Origin: Nageia nagi
Lineage: Eukaryota > Plantae > Pinophyta
DNA: 64,000 nucleotides
Direction of reading: 5' to 3'
NCBI GenBank assembly: GCA_050084985.1
Contig: JBITNC010000001.1
Span: 144,646,001 to 144,710,000 of the forward strand
The translations under genes were made by a program, and so were the position numbers. Under the pieces are notes generated by a model. The model had not been told where the DNA came from. It did no database searches and saw nothing but the letters and a program-made list of their open reading frames with translations. Below, one piece after another: positions 52,301 through 64,000 of the stretch. The stretch's first letter is position 1. Each line of letters begins with the position of its first letter.

Positions 52301-55059
52301 GCTATTGTGAGAACACCAAGGCCTATAGGTTTTATAACCCAAAAACTCACAAAGTGGTGATGTATAAAGATATGATTTCTTATGAAGGGGGAGTATATGG
52401 TCATCAAAAACTTTATATTGATGATGGCAACAATGGTGGTAGTTCTCGAAGTGTGCAACTCTGCCTACAAATAGTTCAACCCAGTCCACCAACCAGCCCT
52501 TCAAACAGTCCCAAACAAAGCAATTCATTCCCCCTTCAAGTGATGATTCTCCAAAAACAATTTCAGATGTGATGAAGACAAAAGGGGGGGGGTGCAGGGA
52601 AGGCACTTCAAATTCATCATCCTATTCGGGTTTTGGAAAACAATTTTTGTAGAAGACTTACTAGAGGTTAAACTCAAGAAATTGACCAAATTGTTCATAG
52701 ACTTGAGAAGATGCACATGTATGGTGATGAAGATGAAAGTGAGCCAAAAGGTGATGTTTTTAATTATGCTTTGAGACTGTTGCAAGTTTTGAACCTTCTT
52801 GTTATGAAGAAGCTTGTACTAATAGTGTTTGTATGCAAGCAATGAAAGAGGAGATCAATTCCATTGAGAAGAATGACACTTGGGATCTTGTAGCAGTATC
52901 CAACGGAAAGAAACGTGTGGGTTCCAAATGGGTCTATAAGATTAAGTATAATAGTGATGGCAGCATTGAGAGACACAAGGCTAGACTTGTGGTTAAAGGA
53001 TTCACACAAAGGTATAGAATTGACTATGAAGAAATTGTTTCACCTGTAGCTAAGCAAGAAATTGTAAGAATAGTTCTTTCTTTGGCTGTTCAAAAGGTTG
53101 GACTGTACATCATCTAGATGTAAAAAGAGCCTTCTTGAATCGGTACTTGGATGAGGAAGTTTATGTACAAAAACCTCATGGTTTTGAAGTCAAAGGTAAA
53201 GAACAACATGTGTACTGGTTGAAGAAGGCTTTGTATGGCCTTAAGCAAGCACCAAAGGCTTGGTACACCAGAATTGATGGATACTTATAGTAGAGTGGCT
53301 TTAACAGGAGCAAAAGTGAACCTACTCTATGCTTCAAGAAAGAAGGTGATTATATTTTGTTTGTTTGTTTGTATGTTGATGACTTGATTTATATGGGTTG
53401 TGGTTCCAATTTGAATGACAGTTTTAAGGATGCCATGATGAGTGAGTTTGAAATGAAGGATTTAGGATTGATGCACTACTTTCTTGGAATGGAGATGCAC
53501 CAAAGAAAAAGACAAACACCAAAGAAAAGGACAAATCCTCATTTGTCAAACCAAGTATGCCAAGGACATGTTGAAGAAATATAATATGAATAGTTGCAAA
53601 CTAGTCCATACTCCCATTGCACATGTTGAGTTGTCATGTAAAAATGGAGCTAAAAAGGTGAATGTTACAAATTATATGAGCATTGTTGGGAGCTTGATGC
53701 TTGTCACAAATACTAGGCCCGACATTGTAGATGATGTCTCACTTGTGTCTAGATATATGAGTGAGACATCTTTACATTCGAAGGCTAATAAGAGAATTTT
53801 GAGGTATGTTAAAGGTATTGTTGACTTTGGCATACGTTATTTTCCTAGTAAAAAGGTGAAACTAGTTAGCTTCAGTGATTCAGATTGGGGTAGCAATTTA
53901 GATGACCGAGAGTCCACATCTAGTAATTATTTTTCTCTTGGATTTGGACTGCTCACTTGGAGTTCAAGGAAACAAAAATCAACAACTCTATCTTCTACTG
54001 AGGCCGAGTACATTGCAGTCACAACAGTTGTTACTCAGGCCTTATGGCTTAGGAAAGTGTTGGCGGAGATAAGTGAAAAACAAAGTGGTTCCACTGTCAT
54101 TTTCTATGACAACATGAGTGTCATTCAATTGGTAAAGAATCGTGTCCACCAGAGTAGATCTAAGCACTTTGACATGAAGTATCATTTCTTTCGTGATATG
54201 GTGGATATGAAATGGGTTGAATTGAGATATTCCAACACCCATGACCAACTAGTTGACATATTTACAAAAGGTGTGGCTAAAGCTCGATTTATGAAGCTAA
54301 GAAACTCACTTGTGAGCCCTCTCAACATCAAGGGGGAGAATGTTGGAATATGATGTTGACCATGTGGCATTTCCAAGTCAGCAAAACAAATTTGTCCCTC
54401 ATTTTGTAACTATAGAATAAAACAATATGTAACTGTAGGAATAATTCACTTTGTAACAATTGTGGATTGTTACTTTACATGCAACAACTTAAGATTCTTT
54501 AGTTTGATTAGTCTCAGATAGAGTAATAGCAATTCTATTGTATTGTAAAAGTTTTCAGGTGTGGAGACACGAATTGAAGGTGAAAAATCCATTTTCCAGC
54601 TGCTTGTGTTTTCAAGTATTGTGCAATTCAAATTTTACAAAAAGTATGAACAACCTACTTTGGAGCTTAATAACTTTTTTTGTGATGCTCTATTTGTAGA
54701 ACATGATACACCATTGGAAAGGTCTTACCAAACACTTTCCATTCATATATCACATCTTATTTCATTTATGTTAAACATTTCATTTTCACCTTTGAAAATC
54801 ATGTTTTAGTTTTTTTTTGCCAGACTTTGGCTCTGCTACCCGGCGCTCCTATTCAACTTTGACACTTCTAACCTGAAGTTCAAATATTTACTATTTTTAC
54901 ATTTTTGGATACCCATTATTGAGTTTTTTGCAACCATTTTTGTTTGCCTCATTTTGACCTCATTTGGTCATTCATTTATCAACTTTGGTGCTCTGCATTG
55001 TAACTTTGGTGCTCATTGGTTCGAGTTGTTGTGCTTTTGTTGTTCTATCTTAAACTTCA
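49393..55059 (+). mobile_element. Degenerate full-length Ty1/copia element in an intron, antisense to the host gene
   Basis: LTRs 49393-50118 and 54341-55059, PBS TGGTATTAGAGC at 50121, PPT AAGGGGGAGAA at 54330-54340. Gag through RNase H fragments at 50207-54353. No matching TSD. Confidence 0.93.
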
Positions 55060-55300
55060 ATATATGCACTTCATTTTCATTGTAAGAAGGTATCTTGTAT
55101 GGGCCAACAAAACAGGGAGAAGAATGTGAGGGAAAAGGAATTCATTCCATGATCTATTAATATCACCAAGCTTAGACATAGATAGAAACTCGAGAAACCA
55201 TATCTTTTCTGATTTTTTTCTTTTGCTCTTTTGTTTCCCTGTACAAACCCAACCAAAAATTGCTTGCAGCCTTGCACCAAAGACCATAGGTGCCAGGTAC

Positions 55301-56137
55301 CAAAGTTGTTAGACTCGAAATCAGATTGGAATCATTTGGCTAGAAAATTTTGATTAATCAAGAGTTAACACAAAAATTGTAAAATATCGGCAAATAAGAA
55401 AAACAAAGGAAATTTCACAATTTGACATTGAAACAAATCATTTTTAACTATCAAATAAGACAACATTCCATATCAAATAACAAATTATACAAGTGAAAAC
55501 ATAATGTAGCATTGGAAATTGTAGAGTGTTTTATTTTGTATTACATATCACATGTCCAGGGACCAAAACGCATCAAAGATTTCCAAGTTCACAAAACAAA
55601 ATCTAAACGAAAACATTTATCTAAATTCTAACTAGGAACATCCATATTGTCTTTGTTTCCCCTTTCTCAATCTCTCTTTTGTTAGTCTACCCCTGGTTCT
55701 TGTTGGTTCTTCTTCAGGTTCTACTTCTTGAGAATATGATGGATCCCCTACTAGTGGTTGTGACTCTAATCCTTCCTCTCTAGCTCTTTCCTTTTCCTCT
55801 CTAGAACTTACCTGGATATGTTGGAATCTAGCTGAAATCGTGGAAATGATGTTTTTCCTAGCTCTTCTTAGTTTCTCCCAGTTTAAGTTTGTAAGAAAAG
55901 GTGAAAAAAAAAATCTAACTTTTTTTATCCTCCTCACAGAAATCCAATTTCCTAACGATTTTCTCATTGGGAATTGAGATTTTCTGGGTCAAAAAATCGG
56001 ATCAAGAATCAGGAAAAATAAAAAACACCATGTCAGCAAAAAAGAAAAAATCATAACCAGTTAAAAAAAAATTGTTTGCTTACCCAATTCCAATTTTTTG
56101 CCCAACTTCTGATTAATCGCCAATTTTTACAACACTG
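55301..56137 (-). mobile_element. Non-autonomous hAT element (837 bp), intronic
   Basis: 8-bp TSD CCAGGTAC; TIR CAAAGTTGT/CAGTGTTGT; shares sequence in inverse orientation with 47676-48331. Confidence 0.88.
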
Positions 56138-57176
56138 CCAGGTACTTAAGTATGGGTACAAAACTTACCTGTTGCTACACCCAAGTTGTACCGTGTTCAA
56201 GGGGACACATCGAGCGCATTTATGGCATGCAACCAAGTAAAACTGTAAAGAAATTTAAAATAAAAAAGGAGACATAAGGAAACAAACTTCTACTATCAAC
56301 TTTAATCTTTCAATCCTCCAGGTGAAAACTTTGCAACCAAAACTTTACTTGTAAAAGACAAGACTAAGTTTATTGACTATTCCAATTATTTTTATGCAAT
56401 GTTAATAATTTGATTTATCACATACACATGGTAACCAGAAACATATAGTTATCAAATATGTATTATATATAAGATGTCATGTCATTTGATTGGCTTTGAC
56501 ATATTTTGGTGCACTGCTGATGTTCAAGTCATTATATGCATATATGATTTCAGTTCAGCTTTATCAAGTATATAGTCTTGTACTCCTGGAAACAAGTTTT
56601 AATTGTTTACACTCTGCATAACCTTGCTCTCTGCATATCCCTGCACCCCACACCCACATACACAAGTCTACGAAATCCATTATAGGTGCTCTGTATCCAC
56701 ACCTTGCTTCCCCCACACACATACAACCTTGGTCTTTTACCTCTTCTATACTGATGCTACATTTTATAATGGACATATAGCAACCAACGCAGCGGTCTAA
56801 AAGCATTGAATCCTGAAGGACAAATTGATTGTCAAAGGGCATTACCGGATTTGAAACAAGTGGGTTATATTTTTTTAAAGAAATACGTACTCTATTGCAA
56901 ATAACAAGAATTGCATTATATCAGCAAAACAACATGATTACAAGTAAATACATGCACTAAAAGGTAAGGAAAGAAAGGCATGTGTCTTATATGCCAAACA
57001 AGCCAAGTACTGCTCAAAAAATCAAAACCTCAGAAACTGTTAAGGTAATCTTTGTGCTGAAAACTTGCCTTAAACCTTGTCTTCCACAAGAAATAAATGG
57101 TGGCCAGAGAGCATTAAACTATTACCTTACAAAAGTTTATTGTAAGCACTTCAAGATTTAGGTCAAACAAACTTAC

Positions 57177-58843
57177 TGGTTTGAAGAGTGAATTCCATCT
57201 GTCCATCATCATGGGCACAAGCCGCACTCAATTCCCCAACACCCATCGTTGGTAATGCGTCCATGGCTTTTTGCACTGTTGGCTCTGTGCTATGCTTCTC
57301 ATTTGCTTCAAAATTGAATCCATCCACTTCAGCGTCAGGGCCCAAATCTGCAGTATCTGCTTGCTCCACTTTAACCCCAATGGTTGTATCACAAGGTTTT
57401 AACTCAAGTATTTCCACCTGTGAAAAATTATTATAAATAGAATCTTTTCTATTAGTTAAATCCCTACCATCGTCAGATATTAGTGAGGTTCCTTCCCACA
57501 TCTCTAAAGAATCTTTACGGACACCAGTGGAAGATGGGATTGGAGGTGTAATGCTAGTATAGTTGTCGGGGTTAGTATGAGAATTGCAATTCGGAGGAGA
57601 TGACTCTGTATTTTTGTTTGTACTTGACCTGTATTTGGTCACCTGTGAGGCATCTTCCACATGAGCAACGTCTTTCTGGCACAATGTAACCCCAATACCA
57701 GTAGCCATTGGCTGGTAAGCATTGTCATCAAATGGCATACAGTCTTTAAGTCCAGTAAGGCTAGAGTTATTATTGCCAACTATAGAAAGTTGAGGTACAC
57801 TGATCTCTTGTATTCTGTAATTCTGCTCTTTCATGCATGTGCTGTCTTCAAGTTGAAGAAACCCCATGGCAGCAGAGGAGTTATTGTTGCCATCTCCACT
57901 ACTTTGAGGCATGCTGATCTTTTCCTTGCTGGAATTATGTTCCTTCATGCATGTGTTGTCATCAAGGGGTAGAAACTCCATTGCACCAGAGAAGCTAGAG
58001 TTATCATCACCATCTCCAGTAGCTTGAGGTACACCAACCTTTTCAATTCCAGGATTCTGGTCTTTCATACATGTGTTTTCAACAAGTGCCAGAAACTCCA
58101 AGTCACTAGAAAAGCTAGAGTTATTATTTCCATCTCTGGTAACTTGAGGTACATTGATATTTTGATTTTCTATTCTGGAAATCTGTTCTTTCCTGAATGT
58201 GTAGTCATCAAGTGGCAGAAACTCCACACTCTTAGAAATACTAAATTTATCGTCAACATAGGCAGTATCCATAGGTACAGTGATCTTTTCTATTCTCAAA
58301 TTCTGCTCTTCCCTGCATGTTTTGTCTTCAAGTGGCAGAGATTCCATAGCATTAGAAAAGTAAGCATTATTTTTGCCAACTAAAGTAGTTTGAGGTCTGA
58401 TGAACTTTTCTATTTTGAAATCTTTCTCTTTCACGCATGTATCAAATTCTAAACCAGTTGTCTTTGAATTTGGCATGACTTTTGTATCAAGAGCAAATTT
58501 GGTTTCCTTTAGCCTAAGACCGAGAATGGGTGCACCTGTATCTATTTTCGTATTCATATTTTGATGCATAACAGCACTGTTATCACCAGAAGGTATAGAT
58601 TTTGATTTGCCAGAACGCCGGCGCCTCTTCTTTGCCCTAGACAGGGGTTCTTTCTCGCCAAGCCGATCATTTGAACTTAGTTTCAGAGTCACGTCACCCT
58701 TCCCACTTGAAATAGGATCCCAAACTTTTGAAGCATCAAACCAGGCTTTGTTTGAACCAATAATCCCATCAGGTGATTGTTTCTTAACTTGAACTGCCAG
58801 CTTGTAACAGTTCTTTCGAGTTAATCCACGAAGAATCAGAGAC
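57177..58843 (-). CDS. GAF1: RPP30/GAF1-like gene, large exon (end of p30 domain plus repeat-rich C-terminal extension)
   Basis: Acceptor CTGCAG| at 58844 and donor GTAAGT at 57176. Open frame starting (R)SLILRGLTRKNCYKLAVQV and continuing through ORF 57163-58692. Confidence 0.88.
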
Positions 58844-59143
58844 CTGCAGTGAACTGTATTTTATTATTTTCAATAGAAAATTTCAAAATAGAGGAAAGCA
58901 TGAAAAAAAACTGCTTCTATGCAAATATGAAGAAATTTCCCATATAGAAATGCTTTGGAACTTTATTGATGTCAATTATCCATCTACATTGAACTGAAAC
59001 ATCACATATTGACAAATCTACTCCTCTCAACATAATTAAAGAAACTTGCCTTTTCAATGTATGTTTTTATTCACATTTTTAGTAGATAAGCGAAGGTCAT
59101 TTCAAATTTTAGCAATATCTCAATCTTCTCAGCATATGTATAC

Positions 59144-59298
59144 CTGCAATTCTTGGAAATAGTTGCCTTTGCATGCTCTGTAGATAAACCAAACAGAGTA
59201 GACATATTTAGAACATCATAAGGCCCTCTGAGTGTATTTACACTTTGAGATGCACTAGAAATAATTATGTTTGTCCCACGCGTCCATTCTACCAGGAT
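59144..59298 (-). CDS. GAF1: RPP30/GAF1-like gene, internal exon (RNase P p30 domain)
   Basis: ILVEWTRGTNIIISSASQSVNTLRGPYDVLNMSTLFGLSTEHAKATISKNCR is recognisable as the plant RNase P/MRP p30 signature (RGPYDV). AG/GT borders are in phase with the next exon. Upstream exons not found in the window. Confidence 0.92.
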
Positions 59299-59803
59299 CT
59301 GCATAAAGCATGGCAGATTTCAGTATGCAGTAAAAACTATGTATAGACCCATGCATGCTGGAACAATAGCAAAGCATCATTATGTTACGTACAATAACTG
59401 GAAATCAATTAAATTGTGATTTTTTCAATTGTTAAAGCATGATATACGTCTAGAAGTTCTATCAACATTCTGGAAGTTCATTTTCATCACAACAAAAAAC
59501 ACAATGGTAGTGTCAAAAATTTTCTGGTTCAAATTGCATGCTCCTTGCACTAACATCATGAGTTATAAGCCAATGAATGTCAGAAACATCTATCTTTTGT
59601 CTTTTAAACAAAAAATAGATTTTATATATACTTCACACAGACATAAGATCACATTTGCTGAACAATATTGTTATATGATCCTCTTGTTGCATTATATATG
59701 ATGATCCGCTTTCACTGTGGGAGACCCAATGAATGATTAGCAGATAGATCTCGCACAGCCACAACATGTTCTTTAGAGGGTTAAGGATTTGATACCTCAA
59801 GAT

Positions 59804-61044
59804 TGTAATATTCCCCATTCTAGGACAAGCACAAATGTAGCAAAATAGCAAATCCCTGCTGCCCTAGCTTAATGAGGAATATTTAAGTAACTCAATTCAT
59901 ACTCATAAATTAGGACGAATTATGCAAGTGCTCAAAATAGGGCAAAATAACTCAAGCGACCAATATTCCAAAATTGAGGCAAATTAATGAGACAAAAAAT
60001 ATGGAATAAATACCATAAATTCCGAAATGTCCAAAGAAGCAAAAGAACGATCTCAAAGAGCTCAAAATGCTCCTCTAGGGGTGACGTCTCACCAGGGAGC
60101 TAGATTCATCACTTCGAAGATGCCAAATTGACTCCTTGAGCTAGACATCTCACTTTTGGAGCTAGGACGGATTCCAGGATCCCTTCTTCACCTTCCAAGC
60201 TCAACGACTAGGGTAGATCTTCACTCAAACAGCTCCAAGGATATTCGAGGCTAATTTTCTAAATATAGGGTCTAAGTACCAACTTGAGGGTTTTCGTCCA
60301 CAAGATGAGGTTCTCTTCAAGTGTTTCATCCTTCCGAGAGATTCTCCTCAGGGTTTTTGTCCTTTGAGAGAGAGAAGCATGTGCTCCAAAAGGGGGGTTT
60401 AAAAGATATTAAGACATGTCTTCAAGTCATGCACTCATCTCCCTTTTATAGTGAGCTTTGGAAAAATCCTCTTCTAATTTGTGGCTGGCTGACCCAACCA
60501 AATCTTTACTACAATTTACTCCTAAAATTACATTATTACAATATAGCCGACCAAGACATAATAAAATACTCCTAATTCTAATAATCACTCCTACATATCC
60601 CTAGAGTAGGGCATCCCATCTTGGAGTACTCAATTTCTTATTTTTGCACCCAATTTGGAAAACCATCTACATAGGAATTAGATATATTAAAATATTACAA
60701 AAACCACAATAATTCCTCCTACAGGACGGACGTCCCACTTTAGGTGGCATAATTACAAAATTATAATAGATTAATTTAGTGAAATCCGTGAGCATGATAT
60801 TAGAATTCTGGCTCTGAGGACGAACTTCAAAGTGTCATATCTTCCTCGTTTCTTGACAAAACCCTATTGTGTAACCTGTCAAAACCATTGACATGAGATG
60901 CTCTATCTGATAAATTAACCGTCCCAAGCCTGTGGAGAACAAAATCCCAAAAATAACTCTAAATATCCTAAAATCAGAATGAAGATGAGCCTCCCATTTC
61001 AAAAGGAACGAAAGAACTAAACGCCTTAATTTTGGAATATTACA
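59804..61044 (-). mobile_element. Intact solo LTR (1241 bp), intronic
   Basis: Perfect 11-bp inverted termini TGTAATATTCC/GGAATATTACA, TSD AAGAT on both sides, minus-strand CTATAAAAGGGG at ~60441-60452. Confidence 0.92.
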
Positions 61045-64000
61045 AAGATCAAGACATGTCTTACTGATTTTATGCTAAGGTAAACCCTGGAGATTCATGT
61101 TTTGGAACCTAACATATTCCTCTTCAATTGCTTGGGGAAAGTGGAGCACTAAGATCCAGTGATTAGGTAAATGTGGATTCAGCAGAAGCAGTCAATTTCA
61201 GAGGCTGGTATGAAGGTCAAGAGCTTGATTCTAGATGACAGGTTCTGATTGAAGTAAAAATCAATGATTATATCATTCTGCCCATAGTAAATGACCCACT
61301 ACACTTGCATTCACCTTCCTTGATTGGAATAAGTACGAGTGTATTGACTCCAGTGTGAGAAAATAAAATTACTAGCATGTAGGAGAAATCCATACCACTT
61401 TCTACAGCTGAAAGAGAATAGTGAATATATTACAGGTGGAATCGCCTAGTGTTGATGAAAATAGTAGTTTCTCACGGAATGAAGTTGTGAAATGAAAAAG
61501 TCTTTGATCCTGGCACTAACCTCATTTTAACACAAGTACAAACAGCAATTTGCCTCATCTCATCCTAAGGTATATGACTTCTGTTTAACAGCTATATAGC
61601 TGCTCTAAAAATAGAATTACGTTCACAGACTAGAATGAACTGGCTATTCCACATCTTCTTCTTGTCCTAAAAGTTCGAGCAGAGCAAACACAAAATAATA
61701 CAGTACACCCTAACTATCTTAACAATTACAATTCATTGGTACACAACACCAAACTTGGTTAAAAACAAGGGTAAAAAAGCTCATAGACTATTCCAGTTTC
61801 TGACTTCGGCATAAAATGCTATCCGTAAACCTCAAATGAAATAAAATATGTTGTAGAGCTAGACAACAATATTGACACCACATTCCCACAGACCCAGGTC
61901 CAAGTGCAAATATGTATAGACATATTTACATGGCAGTATGTCATGTAAACATATTTTCACTCTTCAGAGTATGAACAAAATTGTGCGCTGATGTCATGAT
62001 CCTCCTCCCAAGCCCTATTTTATATAGGTGATTTGGCTTTCTGAGATTTGTTATTATGATGTTGGATTTGGTTGGATACTTCTTGGCTGGGGGATTCACC
62101 AACCATGAAGGATGCTATGTGGTTTTAAAATATTAGTTGTAATAAATGTTAGGCGTTATTACTGATGCAATTTCTTTGAAATTCTTGATCCCAACTTGAA
62201 CAATGAATTAAAAAAATATTGTTATTTTTGACTTTGATTTAAGGATTTCTAGGTCCTTTGTGGGTTAAAAAGAAAATAGATAAACCCTATAGGCCTTAAA
62301 CTATATCCCTAAAAATGTTATAGACGTACTCAATTTAAATGCTATCAACACCTTAAGAAGAATTAAGCGGTATATTGAAATAAAGGGGGTTTGGTGCTCC
62401 CTCTTCAACACGGACCTGATACCATGCTCTCCATTTGAGTTACAGATTTTTGAGTTCCATCTTAAGTTGAGTAGAAGCAAGGTCATGCTTCTTTTAGTGT
62501 TGTAAATCTCCCGTGTTCCTCTCTGTCATCTGGCTAAACCCAAACTTCATCATTACCTCCAATTTACATACTTGTCCTTCCATGATGTAGGGGGTTTAGT
62601 AATTACAACTCATAGAAATTTGGTCCTGAATGTGCTGAGCGGGAGCCAAATTGAAGTGTTCATCCCTTTCTATTTGGAAGGTTTTATGTGCTGTGGGTAT
62701 TTACTATTTTGTAATCACATCACAAACAAACGTTTTGTGTAGACTTTTGGAAATAAGATGAATCTTCGGTGAGTAGAATTGTGTGTGTGAGTACCCTGAG
62801 CCCAATTACCTCTTTATTAGCCTACTGTGTGTTGCTTTGCTCATTTTGTAGGCAGGAATAGTGTTGTTGGAATTGGTTGGATGCTTAGTCTTTCTTATTT
62901 TGCTCAAAGGATCCCATATGAGCATTGTAGCTACCATTTTTTCTATATGTTTATAACCCAGATGTTTGCTTGGAGCCTGCTTAGAGACTTTTCTTCTTGT
63001 TTGTCAGTATTCCGTATGAGCTTTGTTCGTAATGCTGAGCATTGTATGGAAACAGGTTTACAGAGTGGTAAATGCTGTAACAGTAAAACTGCTTACTTTA
63101 ATAAGTAATGGTATTAAATTATTAATATACCACATCATCACTCATAGATTCAAGATAATATAGCATTACATAACGATCCTGCATTCTCAGGAGGATTATT
63201 AGTCATGAGATTTAAATGCATTCGGCACAGTCAAAATCATGAATAGTGATCAATGGCATGATCATACCTTTGCTGTGTATGGAAATGATTTGAATATTGA
63301 AGGCAGCATCCAGCATCATTATGGTAAATGATTAGCAGGAAAAGCCAATTCATTCTGCATGACTTCATCTTTTTTTAGATTTAGAAGAGGAGAACATTTG
63401 ATCATATCATGCTTTCAGATTTAGAAGGTATAGCACATATATGAGAATAATACTTGGATTTCAGTAGCATTGGATGCATACTGGAATGTATATAGCATTG
63501 TCATAATTGTATATAACTTATATACCAGAAAGCATGTTGTAGCCATTTGGGAAATGGAATCATGCTGAACTGCTTTATCTGCATCAGAAAATTGAGCATG
63601 ACATATTACATTACTAAAGGATGGGAATATCCTTGAGCTGGTTTGGTTAACCTTACATTTGTAATGCATGATTTGTAGATCATTCCACATACTGTACGGT
63701 TGATTATAAAAGAGGTCCACTATCCAGGGACATTATTGATATCTCATGTAGAATTCCAAGCTTGGGGGTGCTTTTGGTGAGGGAACCTACGGTTGGGAAA
63801 AGAGCTTTGGGAATGAAGCTAGTTTTTAAAGAAATCTAGGACATCATTTATTCTGTTTCTATATTTCTATGCTAAAAGCATGAATGCTATTAAAGGTATG
63901 ATACTCAGTGCATGACTATCAGAAGAATATTATTAAATAGAGTAATACAATATCATTCATGATATAGGATAGATGGCATATAGTGCATAAAATTATGAGT

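Noticed and set aside
55632-55967. 111-aa charged ORF
   Set aside because: Lies inside a non-autonomous hAT element; at most a transposase-tail remnant.
57188-58792. Plus-strand ORFs overlapping the large exon
   Set aside because: Antisense shadows of a repetitive coding exon, with no motifs.
63262-63340. Possible upstream GAF1 exon ending AAG|GTATGA
   Set aside because: Translation (..SIFKSFPYTAK) does not resemble the expected preceding p30 segment.
61050-64000. Short ORFs in the presumed upstream intron
   Set aside because: No homology or splice support visible; consistent with intron sequence.

Overview
AT-rich plant genomic DNA, probably a large-genome gymnosperm (inferred from TE types and intron sizes). 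The right third holds the last three coding exons of a minus-strand RNase P/MRP p30-like (RPP30/GAF1) gene (59144-59298, 57177-58843, 46467-46600). Its introns carry a copia element, three hAT-type MITEs and a solo LTR. The left two-thirds are stacked transposons. A decayed hAT transposase (~7020-46056) is split by several insertions, including a five-layer nest: hAT > solo LTR > minus-strand copia > plus-strand copia > (LINE plus a very young minus-strand copia with near-identical 503-bp LTRs and TSD AGTCC). The most unusual signal is in that young copia. Between two identical polypurine tracts it has a ~1-kb 3' region with an 8-unit array of a conserved hairpin showing compensatory base changes, separated by variable AT-rich spacers. 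All identities were judged by eye and no searches were run.
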